DNA from: the human T2T-CHM13v2.0 reference genome, Homo sapiens
Length of the DNA: 64,000 nt
Strand: one strand, 5' to 3'
Assembly (NCBI RefSeq): GCF_009914755.1
Contig: NC_060935.1
This document shows, piece after piece, positions 52,001-64,000 of this stretch. The first letter of the stretch is position 1, and each line of letters begins with the position of its first letter. The notes under the pieces are model-generated. The model was not told the origin of the DNA and did not search any database. It worked only from the letters and a program-made list of their open reading frames with translations. The position numbers and the translations under genes were made by a program.

Positions 52001-53250
52001 GCAGCTCTGAAACCCTCTTTTTCTAGAATCTGCAAGTGGATATTTGGAGGGCTTTGAGGCCTGTGGTGGAAAAGGAAAATCTTCACATAAAAACTAGATG
52101 GAAGCATTCTCAGAAACTACTTTGTGATGATTGCATTCGACTCACAGAGTTGAACATTCCTATAGATAGAGCAGGTTGTAAACAATCTTTTTGTAGAATC
52201 TGCGATTGGAGATTTGGACTGCTTTGAGGCCTACTGTAGTAAAGGAAATAACTTCATCTAAAAACCAAACGGAAGCATTCACAGACAATTCTTAGTGATC
52301 ATTGCATTGAACTAACAGAGGTGAACATTCCTTTAGATGGCGCAGTTTCCAAACACACTTTCTGTAGAATCTGCAAGTGGATATTTGGACCTCTCTGAGG
52401 ATTTCGTTGGAAACGGGATAAACTTCCCAGAACTACACGGAAGCATGCTGAGAAACTTCTTTGTGATGTTTGCATTCAACTCACAGAGTTGAAACTTGCT
52501 TTCATAGTTCAGCTTTCAAACACTCTTTTTGTAGAATCTGCAAGTGGATATTTGGACCCTTTGTGGCCTTCCTTCGAAACGGGTATATCTTCACATCAAA
52601 CCCAGACAGAAGCATTCTCAGAATGTTTCCTGTGATGACTGCATTCAACTCACAGACGTGAACAATCCTGCTGATGGAGCAGTTTTGAAACTCTCTTTCT
52701 TTGGATTCTGCAAGTGGAAATGTGGACCTCTGTGAAGATTTCGTTGGAAACGGGTTCATCTTCACAGAAAAACTAAACAGAAGCATTCTCAGAAACTGCT
52801 TTGTGATATTTGTGTTCCACTTCAGGAATTGAACTTTCCTCTTGACAGAGCAGCTCTGAAACCCTCTTATTCTAGAATCTGCAAGTGGACATTTGGAGGG
52901 CTTTGAGGCCTGTGGTGGGAAAGGAAAATCTTCACATAAAAACTAGATGGAAGCTTTCTCAGAAACTACTTTGTGATAATTGCATTCGACTCTCAGAGTT
53001 GAACATTCCTATAGATAGAGCAGGTTGTAAACAATCTTTTTGTAGAATCTGCGATTGGAGATTTGGACTGCTTTGAGGCCTACTGTAGTAAAGGAAATAA
53101 CTTCATCTAAAAACCAAACGGAAGCATTCACAGACAATTCTTAGTGATCATTGCATTGAACTAACAGAGCTGAACATTCCTTTAGATGGAGCAGTTTCCA
53201 AACACACTTTCTGTAGAACCTGCAAGTGGATATTTGGACCTCTCTGAGGA

Positions 53251-54442
53251 TTTCGTTGGAAATGGGATAAACTTCCCAGAACTACACGGAAGCATTGCGA
53301 GAAACTTCTTTGTGATGTTTGCATTCAACTCACAGAGTTGAACCTTGCTTTCATAGTTCAGCTTTCAAACACTCTTTTTGTAGAATCTGCAAGTGGATAT
53401 TTGGACCACTTTGTGCCCTTCCTTCGAAACGGGTATATCTTCACATCAAACCTAGACAGAAGCATTCTCAGAATGTTTCCTGTGATGACTGCATTCAACT
53501 CACAGAGGTGAACAATCCTGCTGATGGAGCAGTTTTGAAACTCTCTTTCTTTGGATTCTGCAAGTGGATATGTGGACCTCTGTGAAGATTTCGTTGGAAA
53601 CGGGTTCATCTTCACAGAAAAACTAAACAGAAACATTCTCAGAAACTGCTTTGTGATGTTTGTGTTCCACTTCAGGAATTGAACTTTCCTCTTGACAGAG
53701 CAGCTCTGAAACCCTCTTATTCTAGAATCTGCAAGTGGATATTTGGACCACTTTGTGGCCTTCCTTCGAAACGGGTATATCTTCACATCAAACCTAGACA
53801 GAAGCATTCTCAGAATGTTTCCTGTGATGACTGCATTCAACTCACAGAGGTGAACAATCCTGCTGATGGAGCAGTTTTGAAACTCTCTTTCTTTGGATTC
53901 TGCAAGTGGATATGTGGACCTCTGTGAAGATTTCGTTGGAAACCTGTTCATCTTCACAGAAAAACTAAACAGGAGCATTCTCAGAAACTGCTTTGTGATG
54001 TTTGTGTTCCACTTCAAGAATTGAACTTTCCTCTTGACAGAGCAGCTCTGAAACCCTATTTTTCTAGAATCTGCAAGTGGACATTTGGAGGGCTTTGAGG
54101 CCTGTGGTGGAAAAGGAAAATCTTCACATAAAAACTAGATGGAAGCATTCTCAGAAACTACTTTGTGATGATTGCATTCGACTCACAGAGTTGAACATTC
54201 CTATAGATAGAGCAGGTTTTAAACAATCTTTTTGTAGAATCTGCGATTGGAGATTTGGACTGCTTTGAGGCCTACTGTAGTAAAGGAAATAACTTCATCT
54301 AAAAACCAAACGGAAGCATTCACAGACAATTCTTAGTGATCATTGCATTGAACTAACAGAGCTGAACATTCCTTTAGATGGAGCAGTTTCCAAACCCACT
54401 TTCTGTAGAATCTGCAAGTGGATATTTGGACTTCTCTGAGGA
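53251..54442 (+). repeat. Variant 7-mer HOR (1,192 bp) with hybrid monomer, copy 2
   Basis: Same junction at 53723-53739 and the same private variants, offset 5,441. Confidence 0.95.
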
Positions 54443-54479
54443 TTTCGTTGGAAACGGGATAAACTTCCCAGAACTACAG

Positions 54480-57400
54480 GGAAGCATTGTGAGAAACTTC
54501 TTTGTGATGTTTGCATTCAACTCACAGAGTTGAACCTTGCTTTCATAGTTCAGCTTTCAAACACTCTTTTTGTAGAATCTGCAAGTGGATATTTGGACCA
54601 CTTTGTGGCCTTCCTTCGAAACGGGTATATCTTCACATCAAACCTAGACAGAAGCATTCTCAGAATGTTTCCTGTGATGACTGCATTCAACTCACAGAGG
54701 TGAACAATCCTGTTGATGGAGCAGTTTTGAAACTCTCTTTCTTTGGATTCTGCAAGTGGATATGTGGACCTCTGTGAAGATTTCGTTGGAAACGGTTTCA
54801 TCTTCACAGAAAAACTAAACAGAAGCATTCTCAGAAACTGCTTTGTGATGTTTGTGTTCCACTTCAGGAATTGAACTTTCCTCTTGACAGAGCAGCTCTG
54901 AAACCCTCTTATTCTAGAATCTGCAAGTGGACATTTGGAGGGCTTTGAGGCCTGTGGTGGAAAAGGAAAATCTTCACATAAAAACTAGATGGAAGCATTC
55001 TCAGAAACTACTTTGTGATGATTGCATTCGACTCACAGAGTTGAACATTCCTATAGATAGAGCAGGTTGTAAACAATCTTTTTGTAGAATCTGCGATTGG
55101 AGATTTGGACTGCTTTGAGGCCTACTGAAGTAAAGGAAATAACTTCATCTAAAAACCAAACGGAAGCATTCACAGACAATTCTTAGTGATCATTGGATTG
55201 AACTAACAGAGCTGAACATTCCTTTAGATGGAGTAGTTTCCAAACACACTTTCTGTAGAATCTGCAAGTGGATATTTGGACTTCTCTGAGGATTTCGTTG
55301 GAAACGGGATAAACTTCCCAGAACTACACGGAAGCATTCTGAGAAACTTCTTTGTGATGTTTGCATTCAACTCACAGAGTTGAAACTTGCTTTCATAGTT
55401 CAGCTTTCAAACACTCTTTTTGTAGAATCTGCAAGTGGATATTTGGACCACTTTGTGGCCTTCCTTCGAAACGGGTATATCTTCACATCAAACCTAGACA
55501 GAAGCATTCTCAGAATGTTTCCTGTGATGACTGCATTCAACTCCCAGAGGTGAACAATCCTGCTGATGGAGCAGTTTTGAAACTCTCTTTCTTTGGATTC
55601 TGCAAGTGGATATGTGGACCTCTGTGAAGATTTCGTTGGAAACGGGTTCATCTTCACAGAAAAACTAAACAGGAGCATTCTCAGAAACTGCTTTGTGATG
55701 TTTGTGTTCCACTTCAATAATTGAACTTTCCTCTTGACAGAGCAGCTCTGAAACCCTCTTTTTCTAGAATCTGCAAGTGGACATTTGGAGGGCTTTGAGG
55801 CCTGTGGTGGAAAAGGAAAATCTTCACATAAAAACTAGATGGAAGCATTCTCAGAAACTACTTTGTGATGATTGCATTCGACTCACAGAGTTGAACATTC
55901 CTATAGATAGAGCAGGTTGTAAACAATGTTTTTGTAGAATCTGCGATTGGAGATTTGGACTGCTTTGAGGCCTACTGTAGTAAAGGAAATAACTTCATCT
56001 AAAAACCAAACGGAAGCATTCACAGACAATTCTTAGTGATCATTGGATTGAACTAACAGAGCTGAACATTCCTTTAGGTGGAGCAGTTTCCAAACCCACT
56101 TTCTGTAGAATCTGCAAGTGGATATTTGGACCTCTCTGAGGATTTCGTTGGAAACGGGATAAACTTCCCAGAACTACACGGAAGCATGCTGAGAAACTTC
56201 TTTGTCATGTTTGCATTCAACTCACAGAGTTGAACCTTGCTTTCATAGTTCAGCTTTCAAACACTCTTTTTGTAGAATCTGCAAGTGGATATTTGGACCA
56301 CTTTGTGGCCTTCCTTCGAAACGGGTATATCTTCACATCAAACCTAGACAGAAGCATTCTCAGAATGTTTCCTGTGATGACTGCATTCAACTCACAGAGG
56401 TGAACAATCCTGCTGATGGAGCAGTTTTGAAACTCTCTTTCTTTGGATTCTGCAAGTGGATATGTGGACCTCTGTGAAGATTTCGTTGGAAACGGGTTCA
56501 TCTTCACAGAAAAACTAAACAGAAGCATTCTCAGAAACTGCTTTGTGATGTTTGTGTTCCACTTCAGGAATTGAACTTTCCTCTTGACAGAGCAGCTCTG
56601 AAACCCTCTTATTCTAGAATCTGCAAGTGGACATTTGGAGGGCTTTGAGGCCTGTGGTGGAAAAGGAAAATCTTCACATAAAAACTAGATGGAAGCATTC
56701 TCAGAAACTACTTTGTGATGATTGCATTCGACTCACAGAGTTGAACATTCCTATAGATAGAGCAGGTTGTAAACAATCTTTTTGTAGAATCTGCGATTGG
56801 AGATTTGGACTGCTTTGAGGCCTACTGTAGTAAAGGAAATAACTTCATCTAAAAACCAAACGGAAGCATTCACAGACAATTCTTAGTGATCATTGCATTG
56901 AACTAACAGAGCTGAACATTCCTTTAGATGGCGCAGTTTCCAAACCCACTTTCTGTAGAATCTGCAAGTGGATATTTGGACCTCTCTGAGGATTTCGTTG
57001 GAAACGGGATACACATCCCAGAACTACACGGAAGCATTGTGAGAAACTTCTTTGTGATGTTTGCATTCAACTCACAGAGTTGAACCTTGCTTTCATAGTT
57101 CAGCTTTCAAACACTCTTTTTGTAGAATCTGCAAGTGGATATTTGGACCACTTTGTGGCCTTCCTTCGAAACGGGTATATCTTCACATCAAACCTAGACA
57201 GAAGCATTCTCAGAATGTTTCCTGTGATGACTGCATTCAACTCACAGAGGTGAACAATCCTGCTGATGGAGCAGTTTTGAAACTCTCTTTCTTTGGATTC
57301 TGCAAGTGGATATGTGGACCTCTGTGAAGATTTCGTTGGAAACGGTTTCATCTTCACAGAAAAACTAAACAGGAGCATTCTCAGAAACTGCTTTGTGATG

Positions 57401-60400
57401 TTTGTGTTCCACTTCAAGAATTGAACTTTCCTCTTGACAGAGCAGCTCTGAAACCCTCTTTTTCTAGAATCTGCAAGTGGACATTTGGAGGGCTTTGAGG
57501 CCTCTGGTGGAAAAGGAAAATCTTCACAGAAAAACTAGATGGAAGCATTCTCAGAAACTACTTTGGGATGATTGCATTCGACTCACAGAGTTGAACATTC
57601 CTATAGATAGAGCAGGTTGTAAACAATGTTTTTGTAGAATCTGCGATTGGAGATTTGGACTGCTTTGAGGCCTACAGTAGTAAAGGAAATAACTTCATCT
57701 AAAAACCAAACAGAAGCATTCACAGACAATTCTTAGTGATCATTGGATTGAACTAACAGAGCTGAACATTCCTTTAGATGGAGCAGTTTCCAAACCCACT
57801 TTCTGTAGAATCTGCAAGTGGATATTTGGACTTCTCTGAGGATTTCGTTGGAAACGGGCTAAACTTCCCAGAACTACACGGAAGCATTGTGAGAAACTTC
57901 TTTGTGATGTTTGCATTCAACTCACAGAGTTGAACCTTGCTTTCATAGTTCAGCTTTCAAACACTCTTTTTGTAGAATCTGCAAGTGGATATTTGGACCA
58001 CTTTGTGGCCTTCCTTCGAAACGGGTATATCTTCACATCAAACCTAGACAGAAGCATTCTCAGAATGTTTCCTGTGATGACTGCATTCAACTCACAGAGG
58101 TGAACAATCCTGTTGATGGAGCAGTTTTGAAACTCTCTTTCTTTGGATTCTGCAAGTGGATATGTGGACCTCTGTGAAGATTTCGTTGGAAACGGTTTCA
58201 TCTTCACAGAAAAACTAAACAGAAGCATTCTCAGAAACTGCTTTGTGATGTTTGTGTTCCACTTCAGGAATTGAACTTTCCTCTTGACAGAGCAGCTCTG
58301 AAACCCTCTTATTCTAGAATCTGCAAGTGGACATTTGGAGGGCTTTGAGGCCTGTGGTGGAAAAGGAAAATCTTCACATAAAAACTAGATGGAAGCATTC
58401 TCAGAAACTACTTTGTGATGATTGCATTCGACTCACAGAGTTGAACATTCCTATAGATAGAGCAGGTTGTAAACAATCTTTTTGTAGAATCTGCGATTGG
58501 AGATTTGGACTGCTTTGAGGCCTACTGTAGTAAAGGAAATAACTTCATCTAAAAACCAAACGGAAGCATTCACAGACAATTCTTAGTGATCATTGGATTG
58601 AACTAACAGAGCTGAACATTCCTTTAGAAGGAGTAGTTTCCAAACACACTTTCTGTAGAATCTGCAAGTGGATATTTGGACTTCTCTGAGGATTTCGTTG
58701 GAAACGGGATAAACTTCCCAGAACTACACGGAAGCATTCTGAGAAACTTCTTTGTGATGTTTGCATTCAACTCACAGAGTTGAAACTTGCTTTCATAGTT
58801 CAGCTTTCAAACACTCTTTTTGTAGAATCTGCAAGTGGATATTTGGACCACTTTGTGGCCTTCCTTCGAAACGGGTATATCTTCACATCAAACCTAGACA
58901 GAAGCATTCTCAGAATGTTTCCTGTGATGACTGCATTCAACTCCCAGAGGTGAACAATCCTGCTGATGGAGCAGTTTTGAAACTCTCTTTCTTTGGATTC
59001 TGCAAGTGGATATGTGGACCTCTGTGAAGATTTCGTTGGAAACGGGTTCATCTTCACAGAAAAACTAAACAGGAGCATTCTCAGAAACTGCTTTGTGATG
59101 TTTGTGTTCCACTTCAATAATTGAACTTTCCTCTTGACAGAGCAGCTCTGAAACCCTCTTTTTCTAGAATCTGCAAGTGGACATTTGGAGGGCTTTGAGG
59201 CCTGTGGTGGAAAAGGAAAATCTTCACATAAAAACTAGATGGAAGCATTCTCAGAAACTACTTTGTGATGATTGCATTCGACTCACAGAGTTGAACATTC
59301 CTATAGATAGAGCAGGTTGTAAACAATGTTTTTGTAGAATCTGCGATTGGAGATTTGGACTGCTTTGAGGCCTACTGTAGTAAAGGAAATAACTTCATCT
59401 AAAAACCAAACGGAAGCATTCACAGACAATTCTTAGTGATCATTGGATTGAACTAACAGAGCTGAACATTCCTTTAGGTGGAGCAGTTTCCAAACCCACT
59501 TTCTGTAGAATCTGCAAGTGGATATTTGGACCTCTCTGAGGATTTCGTTGGAAACGGGATAAACTTCCCAGAAATACACGGAAGCATGCTGAGAAACTTC
59601 TTTGTCATGTTTGCATTCAACTCACAGAGTTGAACCTTGCTTTCATAGTTCAGCTTTCAAACACTCTTTTTGTAGAATCTGCAAGTGGATATTTGGACCA
59701 CTTTGTGGCCTTCCTTCGAAACGGGTATATCTTCACATCAAACCTAGACAGAAGCATTCTCAGAATGTTTCCTGTGATGACTGCATTCAACTCACAGAGG
59801 TGAACAATCCTGCTGATGGAGCAGTTTTGAAACTCTCTTTCTTTGGATTCTGCAAGTGGATATGTGGACCTCTGTGAAGATTTCGTTGGAAACGGGTTCA
59901 TCTTCACAGAAAAACTAAACAGAAGCATTCTCAGAAACTGCTTTGTGATGTTTGTGTTCCACTTCAGGAATTGAACTTTCCTCTTGACAGAGCAGCTCTG
60001 AAACCCTCTTATTCTAGAATCTGCAAGTGGACATTTGGAGGGCTTTGAGGCCTGTGGTGGAAAAGGAAAATCTTCACATAAAAACTAGATGGAAGCATTC
60101 TCAGAAACTACTTTGTGATGATTGCATTCGACTCACAGAGTTGAACATTCCTATAGATAGAGCAGGTTGTAAACAATCTTTTTGTAGAATCTGCGATTGG
60201 AGATTTGGACTGCTTTGAGGCCTACTGTAGTAAAGGAAATAACTTCATCTAAAAACCAAACGGAAGCATTCACAGACAATTCTTAGTGATCATTGCATTG
60301 AACTAACAGAGCTGAACATTCCTTTAGATGGCGCAGTTTCCAAACCCACTTTCTGTAGAATCTGCAAGTGGATATTTGGACCTCTCTGAGGATTTCGTTG

Positions 60401-61480
60401 GAAACGGGATACACATCCCAGAACTACACGGAAGCATTGTGAGAAACTTCTTTGTGATGTTTGCATTCAACTCACAGAGTTGAACCTTGCTTTCATAGTT
60501 CAGCTTTCAAACACTCTTTTTGTAGAATCTGCAAGTGGATATTTGGACCACTTTGTGGCCTTCCTTCGAAACGGGTATATCTTCACATCAAACCTAGACA
60601 GAAGCATTCTCAGAATGTTTCCTGTGATGACTGCATTCAACTCACAGAGGTGAACAATCCTGCTGATGGAGCAGTTTTGAAACTCTCTTTCTTTGGATTC
60701 TGCAAGTGGATATGTGGACCTCTGTGAAGATTTCGTTGGAAACGGTTTCATCTTCACAGAAAAACTAAACAGGAGCATTCTCAGAAACTGCTTTGTGATG
60801 TTTGTGTTCCACTTCAAGAATTGAACTTTCCTCTTGACAGAGCAGCTCTGAAACCCTCTTTTTCTAGAATCTGCAAGTGGACATTTGGAGGGCTTTGAGG
60901 CCTCTGGTGGAAAAGGAAAATCTTCACAGAAAAACTAGATGGAAGCATTCTCAGAAACTACTTTGGGATGATTGCATTCGACTCACAGAGTTGAACATTC
61001 CTATAGATAGAGCAGGTTGTAAACAATGTTTTTGTAGAATCTGCGATTGGAGATTTGGACTGCTTTGAGGCCTACAGTAGTAAAGGAAATAACTTCATCT
61101 AAAAACCAAACAGAAGCATTCACAGACAATTCTTAGTGATCATTGGATTGAACTAACAGAGCTGAACATTCCTTTAGATGGAGCAGTTTCCAAACCCACT
61201 TTCTGTAGAATCTGCAAGTGGATATTTGGACTTCTCTGAGGATTTCGTTGGAAACGGGCTAAACTTCCCAGAACTACACGGAAGCATTGTGAGAAACTTC
61301 TTTGTGATGTTTGCATTCAACTCACAGAGTTGAACCTTGCTTTCATAGTTCAGCTTTCAAACACTCTTTTTGTAGAATCTGCAAGTGGATATTTGGACCA
61401 CTTTGTGGCCTTCCTTCGAAACGGGTATATCTTCACATCAAACCTAGACAGAAGCATTCTCAGAATGTTTCCTGTGATGA
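54480..61480 (+). repeat. Tandem duplication with 3,400-bp period (4 HORs)
   Basis: Box CGGT 54781/58181 and 57331/60731, GTCATG, ACACATCC 57011/60411, CCTCTGGTGG 57501/60901, CGGGCT 57843/61243. Confidence 0.92.
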
Positions 61481-64000
61481 CTGCATTCATCTCACAGAGG
61501 TGAAAAATCCTGCTGATGGAGCAGTTTTGAAACTCTCTTTCTTAGGATTCTGCAAGTGGATATGTGGACCTCTGTGAAGATTTCGTTGGAAACGGGTTCA
61601 TCTTCACAGAAAAACTAAACAGAAGCATTCTCAGAAACTGCTTTGTGATGTTTGTGTTCCACTTCAGGAATTGAACTTTCCTCTTGAGAGAGCAGCTCTG
61701 AAACCCTCTTATTCTAGAATCTGCAAGTGGACATTTGGAGGGCTTTGAGGCCTGTGGTGGAAAAGGAAAATCTTCACATAAAACTAGATGGAAGCATTCT
61801 CAGAAACTACTTTGTGATAATTGCATTCGACTCACAGAGTTGAACATTCCTATAGATAGAGCAGGTTGTAAACAATCTTTTTGTAGAATCTGCGATTGGA
61901 GATTTGGACTGCTTTGAGGCCTACTGTAGTAAAGGAAATAACTTCATCTAAAAACCAAACGGAAGCATTCACAGACAATTCTTAGTGATCATTGCATTGA
62001 ACTAACAGAGCTGAACATTCCTTTAGATGGAGCTGTTTCCAAACCCACTTTCTGTAGAACCTGCAAGTGGATATTTGGACCTCTCTGAGGATTTCGTTGG
62101 AAACGGGATAAACTTCCCAGAACTACACGGAAGCATTGTGAGAAACTTCTTTGTGATGTTTGCATTCAACTCACAGAGTTGAAACTTGCTTTCATAGTTC
62201 AGCTTTCAAACACTCTTTTTGTAGAATCTGCAAGTGGATATTTGGACCACTTTGTGGCCTTCCTTCGAAACGGGTATATCTTCACATCAAACCTAGACAG
62301 AAGCATTCTCAGAATGTTTCCTGTGATGACTGCATTCAACTCCCAGAGGTGAACAATCCTGCTGATGGAGCAGTTTTGAAACTCTCTTTCTTTGGATTCT
62401 GCAAGTGGATATGTGGACCTCTGTGAAGATTTCGTTGGAAACGGGTTCATCTTCACAGAAAAACTAAACAGGAGCATTCTCAGAAACTGCTTTGTGATGT
62501 TTGTGTTCCACTTCAAGAATTGAACTTTCCTCTTGACAGAGCAGCTCTGAAACCCTCTTTTTCTAGAATCTGCAAGTGGACATTTGGAGGGCTTTGAGGC
62601 CTGTGGTGGAAAAGGAAAATCTTCACATAAAAACTAGATGGAAGCATTCTCAGAAACTACTTTGTGATGATTGCATTCGACTCACAGAGTTGAACATTCC
62701 TATAGATAGAGCAGGTTGTAAACAATGTTTTTGTAGAATCTGCGATTGGAGATTTGGACTGCTTTGAGGCCTACTGTAGTAAAGGAAATAACTTCATCTA
62801 AAAACCAAACGGAAGCATTCACAGACAATTCTTAGTGATCATTGGATTGAACTAACAGAGCTGAACATTCCTTTAGGTGGAGCAGTTTCCAAACCCACTT
62901 TCTGTAGAATCTGCAAGTGGATATTTGGACTTCTCTGAGGATTTCGTTGGAAACGGGATAAACTTCCCAGAACTACACGGAAGCATTGTGAGAAACTTCT
63001 TTGTGATGTTTGCATTCAACTCACAGAGTTGAACCTTGCTTTCATAGTTCAGCTTTCAAACACTCTTTTTGTAGAATCTGCAAGTGGATATTTGGACCAC
63101 TTTGTGGCCTTCCTTCGAAACGGGTATATCTTCACATCAAACCTAGACAGAAGCATTCTCAGAATGTTTCCTGTGATGACTGCATTCAACTCACAGAGGT
63201 GAACAATCCTGCTGATGGAGCAGTTTTGAAACTCTCTTTCTTTGGATTCTGCAAGTGGATATGTGGACCTCTGTGAAGATTTCGTTGTAAACGGGTTCAT
63301 CTTCACAGAAAAACTAAACAGGAGCATTCTCAGAAACTGCTTTGTGATGTTTGTGTTCCACTTCAAGAATTGAACTTTCCTCTTGACAGAGCAGCTCTGA
63401 AACCCTCTTTTTCTAGAATCTGCAAGTGGACATTTGGAGGGCTTTGAGGCCTGTGGTGGAAAAGGAAAATCTTCACATAAAAACTAGATGGAAGCATTCT
63501 CAGAAACTACTTTGTGATGATTGCATTCGACTCACAGAGTTGAACATTCCTATAGATAGAGCAGGTTGTAAACAATCTTTTTGTAGAATCTGCGATTGGA
63601 GATTTGGACTGCTTTGAGGCCTACTGTAGTAAAGGAAATAACTTCATCTAAAAACCAAACGGAAGCATTCACAGACAATTCTTAGTGATCATTGGATTGA
63701 ACTAACAGAGCTGAACATTCCTTTAGATGGAGCAGTTTCCAAACCCACTTTCTGTAGAATCTGCAAGTGGATATTTGGACTTCTCTGAGGATTTCGTTGG
63801 AAACGGGATAAACTTCCCAGAACTACAGGGAAGCATTGTGAGAAACTTCTTTGTGATGTTTGCATTCAACTCACAGAGTTGAACCTTGCTTTCATAGTTC
63901 AGCTTTCAAACACTCTTTTTGTAGAATCTGCAAGTGGATATTTGGACCACTTTGTGGCCTTCCTTCGAAACGGGTATATCTTCACATCAAACCTAGACAG

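Larger units (their letters stand above)
46180..57060 (+). repeat. Tandem duplication with 5,441-bp period (32 monomers, including one 7-mer HOR)
   Basis: AAGCTT 47510/52951, hybrid monomer 48282/53723, CTGAAG 49687/55128, CACATCCC 51571/57012; 6x850+342-1 = 5441. Confidence 0.93.
1..64000 (+). repeat. Alpha satellite higher-order repeat array, 850-bp pentamer (SF3, W1-W5 type), about 75 HOR copies; most likely human chr11 D11Z1 / S3C11H1L
   Basis: Seen: ~171-bp monomers with alphoid motifs (CATTCTCAGAAACT, TGTGATG, CAACTCACAGAGTTGAAC, TAGAATCTGCAAGTGGATATTTGGA). The 850-bp period is visible in ORF-track starts (1128, 1978, 2828...). One TCTAGA per unit (680-685, 1530-1535...). Known: D11Z1 is the 0.85-kb XbaI pentamer, whereas the SF3 arrays DXZ1 and D17Z1 are 12- and 16-mers. 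Alpha satellite identity is near certain; the chromosome assignment is somewhat less so. Confidence 0.97.

Noticed and set aside
57843-57859. CGGGC (also 61243) and TTCGTTGTAA (63280) as inactivated boxes
   Set aside because: The changes fall outside the nine core positions, so they were not counted as disrupted.
279-63617. Repeated 63-, 88-, 92- and 105-aa ORFs on both strands
   Set aside because: They are translations of alpha satellite recurring every 850 bp, many with TTG/GTG starts. They overlap on opposite strands, have no recognisable domain, and are freely broken by substitutions and 1-bp indels.
1-64000. CRISPR-like regular repeats
   Set aside because: The sequence between conserved motifs is itself repeated satellite rather than unique spacers, and there are no cas genes.
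1-64000. L1/Alu insertion, inversion or non-satellite island
   Set aside because: The 850-bp phase is accounted for end to end (only 1-bp indels and two +342-bp steps). All boxes are on the + strand and there are no poly-A tails or target-site duplications.
1-64000. Assignment to DXZ1, D17Z1 or the chr1 SF3 array
   Set aside because: Those have longer HORs built from diverged pentamer parts. Here adjacent 850-bp units are nearly identical, so the pentamer itself is the HOR.
1-64000. Locating the kinetochore / centromere dip region in this window
   Set aside because: This needs methylation or CENP-A data and cannot be read from sequence.

Overview
The whole 64 kb window is one uninterrupted, head-to-tail, single-orientation array of primate centromeric alpha satellite. 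It is organised as an 850-bp five-monomer higher-order repeat (HOR), about 75 copies. Box-to-box monomer spacing is 167/171/171/170/171 bp, the monomer pattern is B-B-B-A-A, and there is one XbaI site per unit. This is the suprachromosomal family 3 (W1-W5) pentamer and best fits the human chromosome 11 live array D11Z1 (S3C11H1L); that assignment rests on established knowledge, not a search. I see no genes, RNA genes, transposon insertions, inversions or CRISPR arrays, and all listed ORFs are satellite translation artefacts. I found no new gene-based biological system. The information lies in how copy-specific variants are arranged: (1) a near-identical tandem duplication of about 19 kb (offsets 19,549 and 18,699) fills the first 38.5 kb, with older duplications nested inside it; (2) a more diverged layer starts at about 38.5 kb; (3) overlapping 2,551-, 5,441- and 3,400-bp duplications follow, two of which can be ordered in time; (4) two copies of a 1,192-bp 7-mer variant HOR carry a hybrid monomer joined at a 17-bp identity; (5) CENP-B box mutations are skewed to the CGGG half; (6) duplication junctions may cluster just downstream of one CENP-B box. 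All comparisons were made by eye and are not exhaustive.
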